From an uncultured virus (IMG/VR IMGVR_UViG_3300035510_000375) (lineage: Duplodnaviria; Heunggongvirae; Uroviricota; Caudoviricetes): 20,000 bases of DNA. The position numbers and the translations under genes are program-made. The stretch lies in IMG/VR virus record IMGVR_UViG_3300035510_000375. The stretch is one strand, 5' to 3'. Shown here piece after piece: positions 1 to 7,658 of this stretch (the first letter of the stretch is position 1; each line of letters begins with the position of its first letter). The notes under the pieces were generated by a model. The model saw only the letters and a program-made list of their open reading frames with translations. It did not search any database and had not been told where the DNA came from.

Positions 1-233
1 TTTTCTTTTTGGATAAAAATTTCTGATAGGATATGTTTCATTTTCTTTTCTATATCTTCACATTTAGAATAGTATTTATGTAAAGCTGCATAGCAAGCTG
101 TATTATCTTCTTTTCTAAAATGCTCTGATATTCTACGTCTTATATTTATTGCTCTTCCAATATAAATTTTATTATTAGGAAAATTAATTTTATAAATACC
201 AGAAATATGTTGCGGAATTTCATTATACTTCAT
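1..233 (-). pseudogene. GIY-YIG homing endonuclease inside gyrA intron 2 (runs off window; probably internally deleted)
   Basis: Not in the ORF track. ATG at 233 after GAAAGGAG; translates MKYNEIPQHISGIYKINFPNNKIYIGRAINIRRRISEH (GIY..YIG..R). After ...CEDIE the GIY-YIG similarity stops, while another frame reads RYRKENETYPIRNFYPKRK. Confidence 0.8.
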
Positions 234-418
234 AAAAGTCTCCTTTCATTGTTTCCCACGGGATTACCATTTAATATTTTACATTATAATATTAAATTAT
301 AAATGAGGCATTATTCTATTTTGCCCTAAAAAATATTAGGCAGGCTTCCCCGTTACCCATACTTTATATATGAGCCTTGTGGTGAACAAGAAAGGTAATA
401 ACACAGGCATTATTACAT
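1..418 (-). ncRNA. Group I intron 2 of topoisomerase A gene (3' end outside window)
   Basis: Exon ends NGTQGIG (GGU at 421-419), then AUG UAA. P1 hairpin GGUAU-GUAAUA-AUGCC places a U.G pair at the splice site. P-like GUAACGGGGAAG (~346-357) and Q-like AAUCCCGUGGG (~255-265), followed by the endonuclease ORF. Confidence 0.85.
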
Positions 419-706
419 ACCAATACCCTGAGTTCCATTAACGATGTTGTAAAAACCTTTAGACGGAAGAACTGATGGATACTTTTCAGTATCATCATAA
501 TTATCTCTCCACTCTTCTACAGTATTCTTATCTATATCTTCAAATAATTTAAGTGAAAAATTGCTTAATCTTGAAGAAGAATAACGAGGCGCTGCCCAAT
601 TACCAGTTTCCATTAAGTTTCCGCCATTACCTTCTATTTCAATCAGCGGATACCGCATAGCAAATGGTTGACCCGATCTCATTATAACGCCTTCTGCACT
701 TGCGTC
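419..706 (-). CDS. gyrA: Type IIA topoisomerase subunit A (GyrA/ParC-like), exon 2
   Basis: 96 codons DASAEGVIMR...MRYPLIEIEGNGG...AAPRY (catalytic Arg-Tyr)...NYDDTEKYPSVLP...IVNGTQGIG; flanked by introns at codon boundaries. Confidence 0.92.
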
Positions 707-981
707 CAATAATTATTAACCATAGGCTTTTTATCCTATGCTCTGGAGCTTTCGCTCATTTTCATCAAATAGTCTTTTCTATTTCAGTTTAGCATATCTT
801 TTCATCTTTATTAGATGTCGCGGCCTCGTGGAGGGATTATATCTTTTCACCCTCTATGCGTTGCCCCTGACTATAGTTTCTATAGCCTTCGGTTCGGATT
901 AGCATATCATTTCTGATTTAGCCTTCCCGCTTAATTCCGCGATTTTAACACGGCAACTAAAAATTAATTTTTTACTACTCT
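707..981 (-). ncRNA. Group I intron 1 of topoisomerase A gene, ORF-less, 275 nt
   Basis: Removal joins YIHG to DASAEG (conserved HGD). Exon CACGGU pairs with intron GCCGUG (U.G at the splice site); terminal G at 707; P AAUUAAGCGGGAAG, Q GCUAAUCCGAACC, P3 UCGCGG/CCGCGA, P7 GCAUA/UAUGC, extra GAGGG/CCCUC hairpin between P7 and P3' (IA-like). Confidence 0.92.
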
Positions 982-1203
982 ACCGTGGATATACATTCGG
1001 GCTACCGAACCTATAGCTTTCAAAGTCTTTTTAAATGGTTTATTAGGCAAGAACTTATCTGTATATAAACAATAAAAAATTTGTCTTGCAGAGGGTTTTA
1101 AACAATCTCTTACATCTACAAGCGCTCGTGATTGGAGTACAGCTCCCGCATAGGTAGTAAAACTATCTTCAATAATAGATTGCATATTTCTTTCTATATT
1201 CAT
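982..1203 (-). CDS. gyrA: Type IIA topoisomerase subunit A, exon 1
   Basis: 74 codons MNIERNMQSIIEDSFTTYAGAVLQSRALVDVRDCLKPSARQI...MYIHG match the GyrA/ParC N-terminus (RALPDVRDGLKP..R); AGGAG RBS upstream. Confidence 0.93.
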
Positions 1204-1234
1204 ATTTTTCTCCTAATTATTTTTCTTTATTATA

Positions 1235-1263
1235 ATTATAATATTATTTTTAATTAAAATCAA
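1235..1263 (-). promoter_or_regulatory. Sigma-A/70-like promoter upstream of gyrA
   Basis: TTGATT-17 nt-TATAAT on the minus strand. Confidence 0.7.
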
Positions 1264-1272
1264 ATAAAATTT

Positions 1273-1878
1273 TTATTCATGAATTGTAGCAAAATCTACA
1301 TTTTTAAATATATAATCTGTACGATAACTTACATCATCACCCATTAGTTCTTCTAACATTTGGATTGCGTTAGGATTAGGTTTTAATACTTCCATTCTTT
1401 GAAATTCATCCGAGAACATTGAACGTTGGGCTTGCTCTGTAGATAAGCTTCCTAAGCCTTTGTTTCGCTGAACTTCCCCTTTAATAGAATCTCGTACTGC
1501 ATTCATTTCTTCATCTGTAAAATAATACTGTTCTTCTTTTCCATTTTTTACAATATAAAGCGGAGATTTTAACCAGCATAATCTATTCTCTTGTATAAAT
1601 TGTGGCGCAAGATATTGCAAAGCGGACATAATCAACAAGCCTATGTGCGCGCCATCACTATCTGCATCGCTACATATACCTATTCTACCATAGCGCAATT
1701 TAGCGGGATTATATTTTCCTGGTACAATATTCATAGCTTTTAGTAATAATTTAATTTCTTCATTATCAGCAATTCGCTCTTCATTATTACTAAGGCAATT
1801 AATCATTTTTCCTCTGATTGCAAGAATCCCATACTTGGAGTAATCACGTGCATTAGCCATGGCACCTGCAGCACTATC
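1273..1878 (-). CDS. gyrB: Type IIA topoisomerase subunit B (GyrB/ParE-like), exon 2 (Toprim domain)
   Basis: Starts DSAAGAMANARD, six codons before the annotated ATG; contains AIRGKMIN (PLRGK-like), DADSDGAHI (DxDxDG) and QRNKGLG. Confidence 0.93.
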   Translation of the reverse strand, partial: DSAAGAMANARDYSKYGILAIRGKMINCLSNNEERIADNEEIKLLLKAMNIVPGKYNPAKLRYGRIGICSDADSDGAHIGLLIMSALQYLAPQFIQENRLCWLKSPLYIVKNGKEEQYYFTDEEMNAVRDSIKGEVQRNKGLGSLSTEQAQRSMFSDEFQRMEVLKPNPNAIQMLEELMGDDVSYRTDYIFKNVDFATIHE

Positions 1879-2528
1879 CGTGTGCTCCTATATTTCTATA
1901 GGCACTGACTATCTCTTCACTCTGGTTTGTCAAACCTTCATCGTGTCCTCTATTTCGAAATATGTATCAATAATATTTCTACTACAGGTCTCGCCCTGTA
2001 TAGTCGATACAGCTTATTCTATATCTTTATAAGTTTGGTGTGTTACTATATTATATATAGTAAACCATGCTTTATCTGGCACATATTTTAACCAAACTTG
2101 TTTTGGACTCATACCATTATCATAATCTTGTCTCATTTGCAAAACTTGTTCTTTTGTAAAAGCTTTTGTATTATTAGCAGCAATTTCAGAAGCATTTGCT
2201 TTTGCTTGGTGAGAATGCCAATATTTATTTTCTGCATTATTATATTCAGGATGAATATTTTTCCAATTTTCAAAATACCATACTTTTTGCAGCCCTCTTT
2301 TAGAAATTTTATCTTTAAATTCTGCATAAACAGTTCTAAAAGGAATATGATTAAAATATCAAGTTTTGTCCAAAAATTTTTCAATATAAAATCTTGCCAC
2401 GGGATTGACTTCGCCTAAACTTGTTTTGACTTACAAGTGTAACGGTCAGCTTTCCCCGTTAGCTACTTATTTTTAATTAAGTAACCCCACTGATGAGGTG
2501 GTAAAAAGGATTAGGGCAATAATTACTT
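1879..2528 (-). ncRNA. Group I intron (IA2-like) in gyrB, 650 nt
   Basis: Removal restores LIVEG|DSAAG. Exon AGGGU pairs with GCCCU (U.G), terminal G at 1879, P10 AUUAUU/GAUAGU, P GCUAACGGGGAAAG, Q AAUCCCGUGG, R GUAUCGACUA, S GAAGAGAUAGUC, and two hairpins after R (UACAGG/CCUGUA; GAAAUAU/AUAUUUC) resembling P7.1/P7.2. Confidence 0.93.
2014..2358 (-). pseudogene. Start-less C-terminal remnant of an intron-encoded homing endonuclease (DNA-binding repeats)
   Basis: Open frame of 114 codons between TGA (2361-2359) and TAA (2016-2014): YFNHIPFRTVYAEFKDKISKRGLQKVWYFENWKNIHPEY...FTKEQVLQMRQDYDNGMSPKQVW...YNIVTHQTYKDIE. It lies between intron Q and R elements, with no start codon at the 5' end and no nuclease motif. 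Confidence 0.65.
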
Positions 2529-3764
2529 ACCCTCTACTATTAACAGCGTAGACCCAGGTCCTAAGAACTCCGCGTCTTTTAATTTATCTGAATTAAATAC
2601 TTTTTTACTAGCATTTTTTTCTATTTCTTTTGAAGTTTCAAGGATTTGACGTCTAGCTCTATCTGCAGCTTTTTCTGCCTTTTGAACTTTAATTAACATC
2701 TTAATAATATTATCAAAGTCTGTACTATTCTGAAATTCATCAAGTCCTTCTTTAAAAGCTTTTGAAGCAAGAGTACGAAGATTAGGATTATTTATCTTTG
2801 ATTTCGTTTGATTTGCAAAAGAGGGTTCAGCAACTTTGCAATTAATAGCATAAACTAAACCTTTCCTAATTAAATCTGCATCTAAGTCTTGTCCGCTCAT
2901 TTTCTTGATTTGTGTTGTTAATGTTGTTTTAGCTCCTGTAACTGGACTTCCGCCCTCATTACAATACAAACCATTAACAAAAACGTGTGCAGCTTCTTTC
3001 CCCGCAGTCCAGCAGAAAGCAATTTCAACCTCATCTATTTCATCTTTTGCTTTACAAATAATAGGCTTCATTAATGGAGATTTTGCTTCTGCTATAACAA
3101 AATCTGCAATACCATTTTTTGAATAAAATTCTTTTTTCTGTTTTGTCTTTTTATTAGTAATAATAAAATGTACACCTTTATTAAGATAAGATATATTTTT
3201 TATTTCACTTATTATTCTATCAAAAGTAAAAGTATCAGTCATATTTTTAAAGACTTCTTTATCAGGAATGAAGCTAACAAAAGTACCATTTTTTTCTTTT
3301 GTATCAAATTCTTTATAGTTATCTAAAATTCCTTTAGTAAAGTTTGCGGCAGCCGCTTTTCCATCTCTATAGCTTTCAACTGCAAAAGATAGAGAAGAAA
3401 GACATACTGCACTTGCTCCAATTCCATTTAATCCAGAGCTGTTTGCATATGCACCTTTTGTAAATTTACCACCAGTATGAGATTCTGTATAAATAGATAC
3501 TAATACATTTTCTCCATTGTCTCTAATACCAAATGGCACTCCCCTACCATAATCCCTAACAGAAATTAAATTTTTATCTTCATCTACTTTAATCTCTATT
3601 ACATCGCCATAGCCAGCCAGTGCCTCATCTGTTGAATTATTTACAATTTCTTTAAAAGCTTGATAAATTCCATCTGTATCATCAGAACCTAAATACATTG
3701 GAACTTTTTGTCTAATGCCCTCTCTAAAGGTTAAATGTTGAATATCATTTATATCATATGACAT
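2529..3764 (-). CDS. gyrB: Type IIA topoisomerase subunit B, exon 1 (GHKL ATPase + transducer)
   Basis: EGIRQKVPMYLG, EIVNNSTDE, DYGRGVP, HTGGKF, SGLNGIGASAV, FANQTKSKI, LLIVEG; spliced product would be 613 aa; AAAGGAG RBS. Confidence 0.95.
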
Positions 3765-3795
3765 TATTTATTTCTCCTTTTTATTTTTTTATTAT

Positions 3796-3824
3796 ATTAT
3801 AACATAATTTTTATTAAATTTCAA
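3796..3824 (-). promoter_or_regulatory. Sigma-A-like promoter upstream of gyrB
   Basis: TTGAAA-17 nt-TATAAT with extended -10 TG. Confidence 0.72.
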
Positions 3825-3849
3825 ATATTAAAAAATTAAAAATTTTTAC

Positions 3850-3878
3850 TTGACTTTTTAAAAATTTTATGATATCAT
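3850..3878 (+). promoter_or_regulatory. Plus-strand sigma-A-like promoter with no downstream gene
   Basis: TTGACT-17 nt-TATCAT with TG extension. Confidence 0.45.
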
Positions 3879-4045
3879 ATTTATATAAGGAATAAAACAA
3901 AAGAAAACTAAATTCTAGATCCTATATTATACTAATCTAATTATATATTATTATAAAATATTAAGTCAATTTTTATATTCTAATTTTTATAATTTTCTTT
4001 CATAATTTGCTGTTTGTAAACTATATTATTTTTTATTCTAATATT

Positions 4046-4074
4046 ATTATATCATATTTTTCAGAGAAAGTCAA
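4046..4074 (-). promoter_or_regulatory. Sigma-A-like promoter in the endolysin-gyrB intergenic region
   Basis: TTGACT-17 nt-TATAAT with TG extension; a further TTGACT-18-TATAAT at 3940-3969. Confidence 0.6.
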
Positions 4075-4114
4075 ACCGTTTTAAAAAATTTTTTTTATTA
4101 GAATAAAAATAAGC

Positions 4115-4150
4115 AAAAAATTAAGTGGGTAGCTTTTACGCTACCCACTT
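4115..4150 (-). terminator. Intrinsic terminator after endolysin
   Basis: 11-bp stem AAGTGGGTAGC/GCTACCCACTT (4123-4150) followed by a T-tract on the minus strand. Confidence 0.8.
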
Positions 4151-4156
4151 TGAATA

Positions 4157-4969
4157 TTAAACTTTCTTAGTATAATTCAGTGAAATCCAACCTTTGCCAG
4201 ATTTTAAATATCCCCAAGTACCAGAAGTTTTTGTAATTGTATAAGTACCCTTGTCTTTAATTACACCAGTAATTGCATATTTAGTTCCAGGGCCTTTTCT
4301 AATATTTAACGCGCTTGCTGTTACTTTTACTTTATAACTTGAAGCAGCAGTGCTTGATTGTGTAGTCGTAGTAACTGCCTTAGTAGAGCTACTAGTCTTA
4401 GCTTCCGCGCTTGTAGACACGGTTGCCACATTTAATTTTGCCGTTACTTTTGTAGCTAAATCACCAAGCTTACCATACATCCAATCACCTGGACAAGCTG
4501 TATTACTAAACCAGCGATGTGCTGTTAGTACCATTTCATCTGCTGCTGGTGTATAATTTAATGCGGTATTTTTATCTCCTAACCAAAGTAATTTCTTCTT
4601 ACCATTTCTCTTGCAAATATCAGTACATAATTCAATTAATTTATTATAAACTGTATTGTTAAAAGCATAAGGTGCTGTTAAATCAGAAGCACATTCAATA
4701 GTAATTGCTCTCTGATCATTTGCACTACTGCTTGAACACCAGCTTCTATTAGCTTCATCTACTACTAATACAATTTTACCATCTTTACCTATTGCATAGT
4801 TACAACTAGCTTTTCTACTAGTAGGAGTAAAGATGCTGCCAATTGACTCTGCAGTAAGCTGTCCTACTACACAGTGAGGTGTAATTCTATCAATAGTATG
4901 AGTTCTAGCTCCACTATGATTAGGACTCTTGATTGTACATCCTATTAATGAACTATTTGTATATTCCAT
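4157..4969 (-). CDS. Endolysin: N-acetylmuramoyl-L-alanine amidase (Amidase_2-like) + Thr/Ser/Ala linker + SH3b cell-wall-binding domain
   Basis: ITPHCVVG, SCNYAIG, ITIEC, TAHRWFSNTACPG Zn-amidase motifs; C-terminal ALNIRKGPGT...WGYLKSGKGWISLNY. Confidence 0.92.
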   Translation of the reverse strand: MEYTNSSLIGCTIKSPNHSGARTHTIDRITPHCVVGQLTAESIGSIFTPTSRKASCNYAIGKDGKIVLVVDEANRSWCSSSSANDQRAITIECASDLTAPYAFNNTVYNKLIELCTDICKRNGKKKLLWLGDKNTALNYTPAADEMVLTAHRWFSNTACPGDWMYGKLGDLATKVTAKLNVATVSTSAEAKTSSSTKAVTTTTQSSTAASSYKVKVTASALNIRKGPGTKYAITGVIKDKGTYTITKTSGTWGYLKSGKGWISLNYTKKV

Positions 4970-4970
4970 A

Positions 4971-5321
4971 TTACTTATCTCCTTCTACATAAGATTTTAC
5001 GTTTTCGTTTTGTTCTAACATTGTTTTAAATTTATCTAAAGCTTCGTCTACTAAAGTACTAAACTGATCAAAAGGGATAATCTTAGCAAGCCATGTAAAT
5101 TTAGCAATAAACATATCATAAACATAACGTAATTTAATTTGTCCAGTTCCAGAGCCTAGTTCTTTTTCAGCTTCTGTTACTGCGTATAATAACCATTCTT
5201 TTACTTTTTCAATCTGTTCTGTCGTTGGTCTTGTTGCAAAAGCATAAATTGCATATCCTGCGGCAGCGAGCACCGCAATAGCAATAATAATAATTAACCA
5301 ATTAGATATTAAAAAACTCAT
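4971..5321 (-). CDS. Holin-like membrane protein (LL-H-like)
   Basis: Likely start MSFLISNWLII at 5321 after AAAGGAG; single N-terminal TM helix; AVTEAEKELGSGTGQIKLRYVYD motif; directly upstream of the endolysin. Confidence 0.75.
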   Translation of the reverse strand: MSFLISNWLIIIIAIAVLAAAGYAIYAFATRPTTEQIEKVKEWLLYAVTEAEKELGSGTGQIKLRYVYDMFIAKFTWLAKIIPFDQFSTLVDEALDKFKTMLEQNENVKSYVEGDK

Positions 5322-5340
5322 ATTTTTATCTCCTTTTTTC

Positions 5341-5802
5341 TTATCCAACTGCGGAATCATCATCATCTTCACCAAGTCCATCATCATTACTGGTGACACT
5401 ATTTAGCCCCTTCATCGCAGACTCATAGACAATTCCATCTTTAGAATTTTCTTTAACTGATTTAAGTGAATAGACTCCAAAACCAATAACTTCACCAACT
5501 ACCGCTCCAATCAAAGCGACAAGAGGACTAAAGTCAGGTGATAAATATTCAGAGGCTGCCGCAATTTGTAAGCTTTTTACTGTTGCCCAACCAGTAAATA
5601 TTTCTATTAAAGTACAATTTATAAATAAAAAAAGAATTAACCTTTTAGTAGTAGTTAATTCTTTTTTATCTTTTAATTTATCATTTAGTTTTCTCTTGCC
5701 TTTTTCTATTTTAATTTTTCGTTTTAGTAGTTGTTTATCCTTGGCCCATTTTTGTTCCTCTTGTTGGATTTCTTCTTCGGTTAAATTTTTATCAAAGTCC
5801 AT
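5341..5802 (-). CDS. Two-TM membrane protein of the lysis cassette (holin/antiholin candidate)
   Basis: ATG 5802 after GAGGTG; charged N-terminus, two hydrophobic segments, YSLKSVKENSKDGIVYE, acidic tail. Confidence 0.6.
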   Translation of the reverse strand: MDFDKNLTEEEIQQEEQKWAKDKQLLKRKIKIEKGKRKLNDKLKDKKELTTTKRLILFLFINCTLIEIFTGWATVKSLQIAAASEYLSPDFSPLVALIGAVVGEVIGFGVYSLKSVKENSKDGIVYESAMKGLNSVTSNDDGLGEDDDDSAVG

Positions 5803-5863
5803 AATAAACACCTCTTATTTTCTTTGTCTAATAATAATTAAAAATTAATAATATAAATTAAAC

Positions 5864-5890
5864 AAAAAAGACCTCACTTAATGTGAGGTC
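5864..5890 (-). terminator. Intrinsic terminator separating the upstream cluster from the lysis cassette
   Basis: GACCTCAC-5 nt-GTGAGGTC stem, then TTTTTT on the minus strand. Confidence 0.75.
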
Positions 5891-5897
5891 TATAATA

Positions 5898-6176
5898 TTA
5901 ATCATCCTGTAAAGTTGAAGAAAAATCGTTGGTTTTAAAGAAGCTTCCAATAATACCTAATGTTCCACAGAAAATAGGAATATCTGCTTTCGCAAGAGTA
6001 ATACCAATCATTCCAATTCCCTTAATAAATAGATTACCTATTGTAATTTTAATAATCCATCCAATAATTACACCAAGAGCAAAATTAAGAAATGGAGTAA
6101 TAAACATTAAAAATACCAATCCTAATAGAGTAAGGCATCCCACCGCGATATCTGTATTCTTATCCTCGTTAGTCAT
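5898..6176 (-). CDS. Small hydrophobic membrane protein
   Basis: 92 aa, mostly hydrophobic and Gly-rich; AAAGGAG RBS. Confidence 0.75.
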   Translation of the reverse strand: MTNEDKNTDIAVGCLTLLGLVFLMFITPFLNFALGVIIGWIIKITIGNLFIKGIGMIGITLAKADIPIFCGTLGIIGSFFKTNDFSSTLQDD

Positions 6177-6177
6177 A

Positions 6178-6720
6178 CTAAATTTCTCCTTTATTTCTTT
6201 TTATATTTATATCATCAATAATTTGTTCAAGATTAACTGGTGTGCAGTTATGAGCATCTAAATTTACATTATAAGCATGGAATACATCACTCCACTTATC
6301 TTGAGAGTGAGTATGACCATGTAATGAAAAGATAGGTTTTATATCTTTATAATTTGCAACGAGCTGCGGATAATGACTAAGAATAAATTGTTTCTTTCCA
6401 GTAGAAAAACGATATCCCATTTGCACCTCATAAATATTAGGTAGCTCGTTATAAATTTCAATGCGGGCGAGGGTGTCATGATTCCCGTAGGCTACGTATA
6501 TTTTCCCATTAAGCCGAAGAATTTTCTCCATCCCGCGCTCATTATCTTTAAGCATTAGATCTCCAAGACAATAAACAATATCATCTTCTTTAACTACTTT
6601 ATTCCAATTCTCTATAATTGCTTCATCATGTTCTTCAATACTATTGAACCCTCGCGACCCCCAGATGAACGGCTGGTCATGTGAGAAATGAAGGTCACTA
6701 GTAAGCCATATGTTCGTCAT
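6178..6720 (-). CDS. Calcineurin-like metallophosphoesterase
   Basis: SDLHFSH, LGD, GNHD, LSHYP, HGHTH. Confidence 0.9.
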   Translation of the reverse strand: MTNIWLTSDLHFSHDQPFIWGSRGFNSIEEHDEAIIENWNKVVKEDDIVYCLGDLMLKDNERGMEKILRLNGKIYVAYGNHDTLARIEIYNELPNIYEVQMGYRFSTGKKQFILSHYPQLVANYKDIKPIFSLHGHTHSQDKWSDVFHAYNVNLDAHNCTPVNLEQIIDDINIKRNKGEI

Positions 6721-7219
6721 AAATATGTTCCTCCAAATATTCTACTATTGGTTTATTATCTTCTACTACATATATTCTATTAAATCCTTCTTCAAAAGTA
6801 GGTCTAGTTATGCTTGCGTGCATCCTCCCAACAACAGAACGAGGAACGTAAGCTTGAGTATCTTTACGATTTTCATTTTGTGCAAGACATACTTCCAAAG
6901 GCTTCTTAATAAAAATTGCATTTATTTCAGAAGGGTTAGAGTCAATACGTGATAACAACTTGCTCCTAGAAGGCACACTTATATGAGTAGCATCCGCAAA
7001 CACATTATATCCTTGCTCTATTGCTTCATTAATTAAATATACAAATTCTCTAAAGACTTCTACTTCATGTGTAAAATAATCTTCCCCTTCATCAAGTAAT
7101 TCAAATCTAAGAGCGTCTCTTGAAATTACCTTGTCTGTTTTAGGATTTGAATGATTAGCTATCCAAGTACTCTTGCCCGATCCTGGCGCTCCTATCATTA
7201 CATATAGTTTTCCATTCAT
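6698..7219 (-). CDS. Polynucleotide-kinase-like P-loop kinase (AAA_33-type)
   Basis: GAPGSGKST Walker A, ISRDALR, DATH..R and NENR lid, as in the T4 Pnk kinase domain. Confidence 0.85.
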   Translation of the reverse strand: MNGKLYVMIGAPGSGKSTWIANHSNPKTDKVISRDALRFELLDEGEDYFTHEVEVFREFVYLINEAIEQGYNVFADATHISVPSRSKLLSRIDSNPSEINAIFIKKPLEVCLAQNENRKDTQAYVPRSVVGRMHASITRPTFEEGFNRIYVVEDNKPIVEYLEEHIYDEHMAY

Positions 7220-7221
7220 AT

Positions 7222-7581
7222 TTAGCCCTCCTTATTACGAAATTCACATTGACAAGAACAATTTGTGTTCCAACATTTACCTATTCTATTTCTATTGTAT
7301 TTACATTCAAGATTTTTACAGCCTGGTAACTGACTAATAGGAAGTTTTTCACCATTAACAAATCTACCTAAGTCAAATTCTTCTTTAAAATCTTCGTAGC
7401 GGTAAGAGCCGAATGGACGCACCTCGGCATGGTTCGTCGCCTTACAACAACATAAACAATAGATACGTTTTAGATGACCAGCCTCTCTTTGTTGACCTGC
7501 GCGACGTGGAATATCAATTCCCTTGTTTCCGCATTCTGTACAATACATTTCACTAATAGTAAAATTTTTATTTTTTGGCAT
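7222..7581 (-). CDS. Zn-finger protein with ribosomal protein L33-like N-terminal domain
   Basis: YCTECG...HLKRIYCLCCCKATNHAEVR parallels L33 ACTEC...LKKYCxxCxxHTxHxE; second Cys cluster at the C-terminus. Confidence 0.6.
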   Translation of the reverse strand: MPKNKNFTISEMYCTECGNKGIDIPRRAGQQREAGHLKRIYCLCCCKATNHAEVRPFGSYRYEDFKEEFDLGRFVNGEKLPISQLPGCKNLECKYNRNRIGKCWNTNCSCQCEFRNKEG

Positions 7582-7620
7582 ACAATAACCACACTTCTTT
7601 CTTTTTTATTTTCTATATAT

Positions 7621-7649
7621 ATTATAATATAAATTTTATTAAAAATAAA
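7621..7649 (-). promoter_or_regulatory. Sigma-A-like promoter
   Basis: TTTATT-17 nt-TATAAT; spacer shared with the other copies. Confidence 0.6.
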
Positions 7650-7658
7650 GTGTAGAAA

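Noticed and set aside
2098..2418. ORF-track entries 2098..2418 (+) and 2133..2384 (-)
   Set aside because: Alternative-frame or antisense shadows of the endonuclease remnant inside the gyrB intron; no RBS and biased Ile/Phe/Lys composition.
413..3764. Stop-codon recoding, inteins or pseudogenisation as the reason for the fragmented topoisomerase genes
   Set aside because: The inserts contain stops and group I RNA core motifs, precise excision restores conserved motifs, and the other genes read intact in the standard code.
3965..4003. 12-codon minus-strand ORF MKENYKKLEYKN
   Set aside because: No RBS and too short to support.
4056..4070. Possible CodY box ATTTTTCAGAGAAAG in a promoter spacer
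   Set aside because: Four mismatches to AATTTTCWGAAAATT in very AT-rich DNA; expected by chance.
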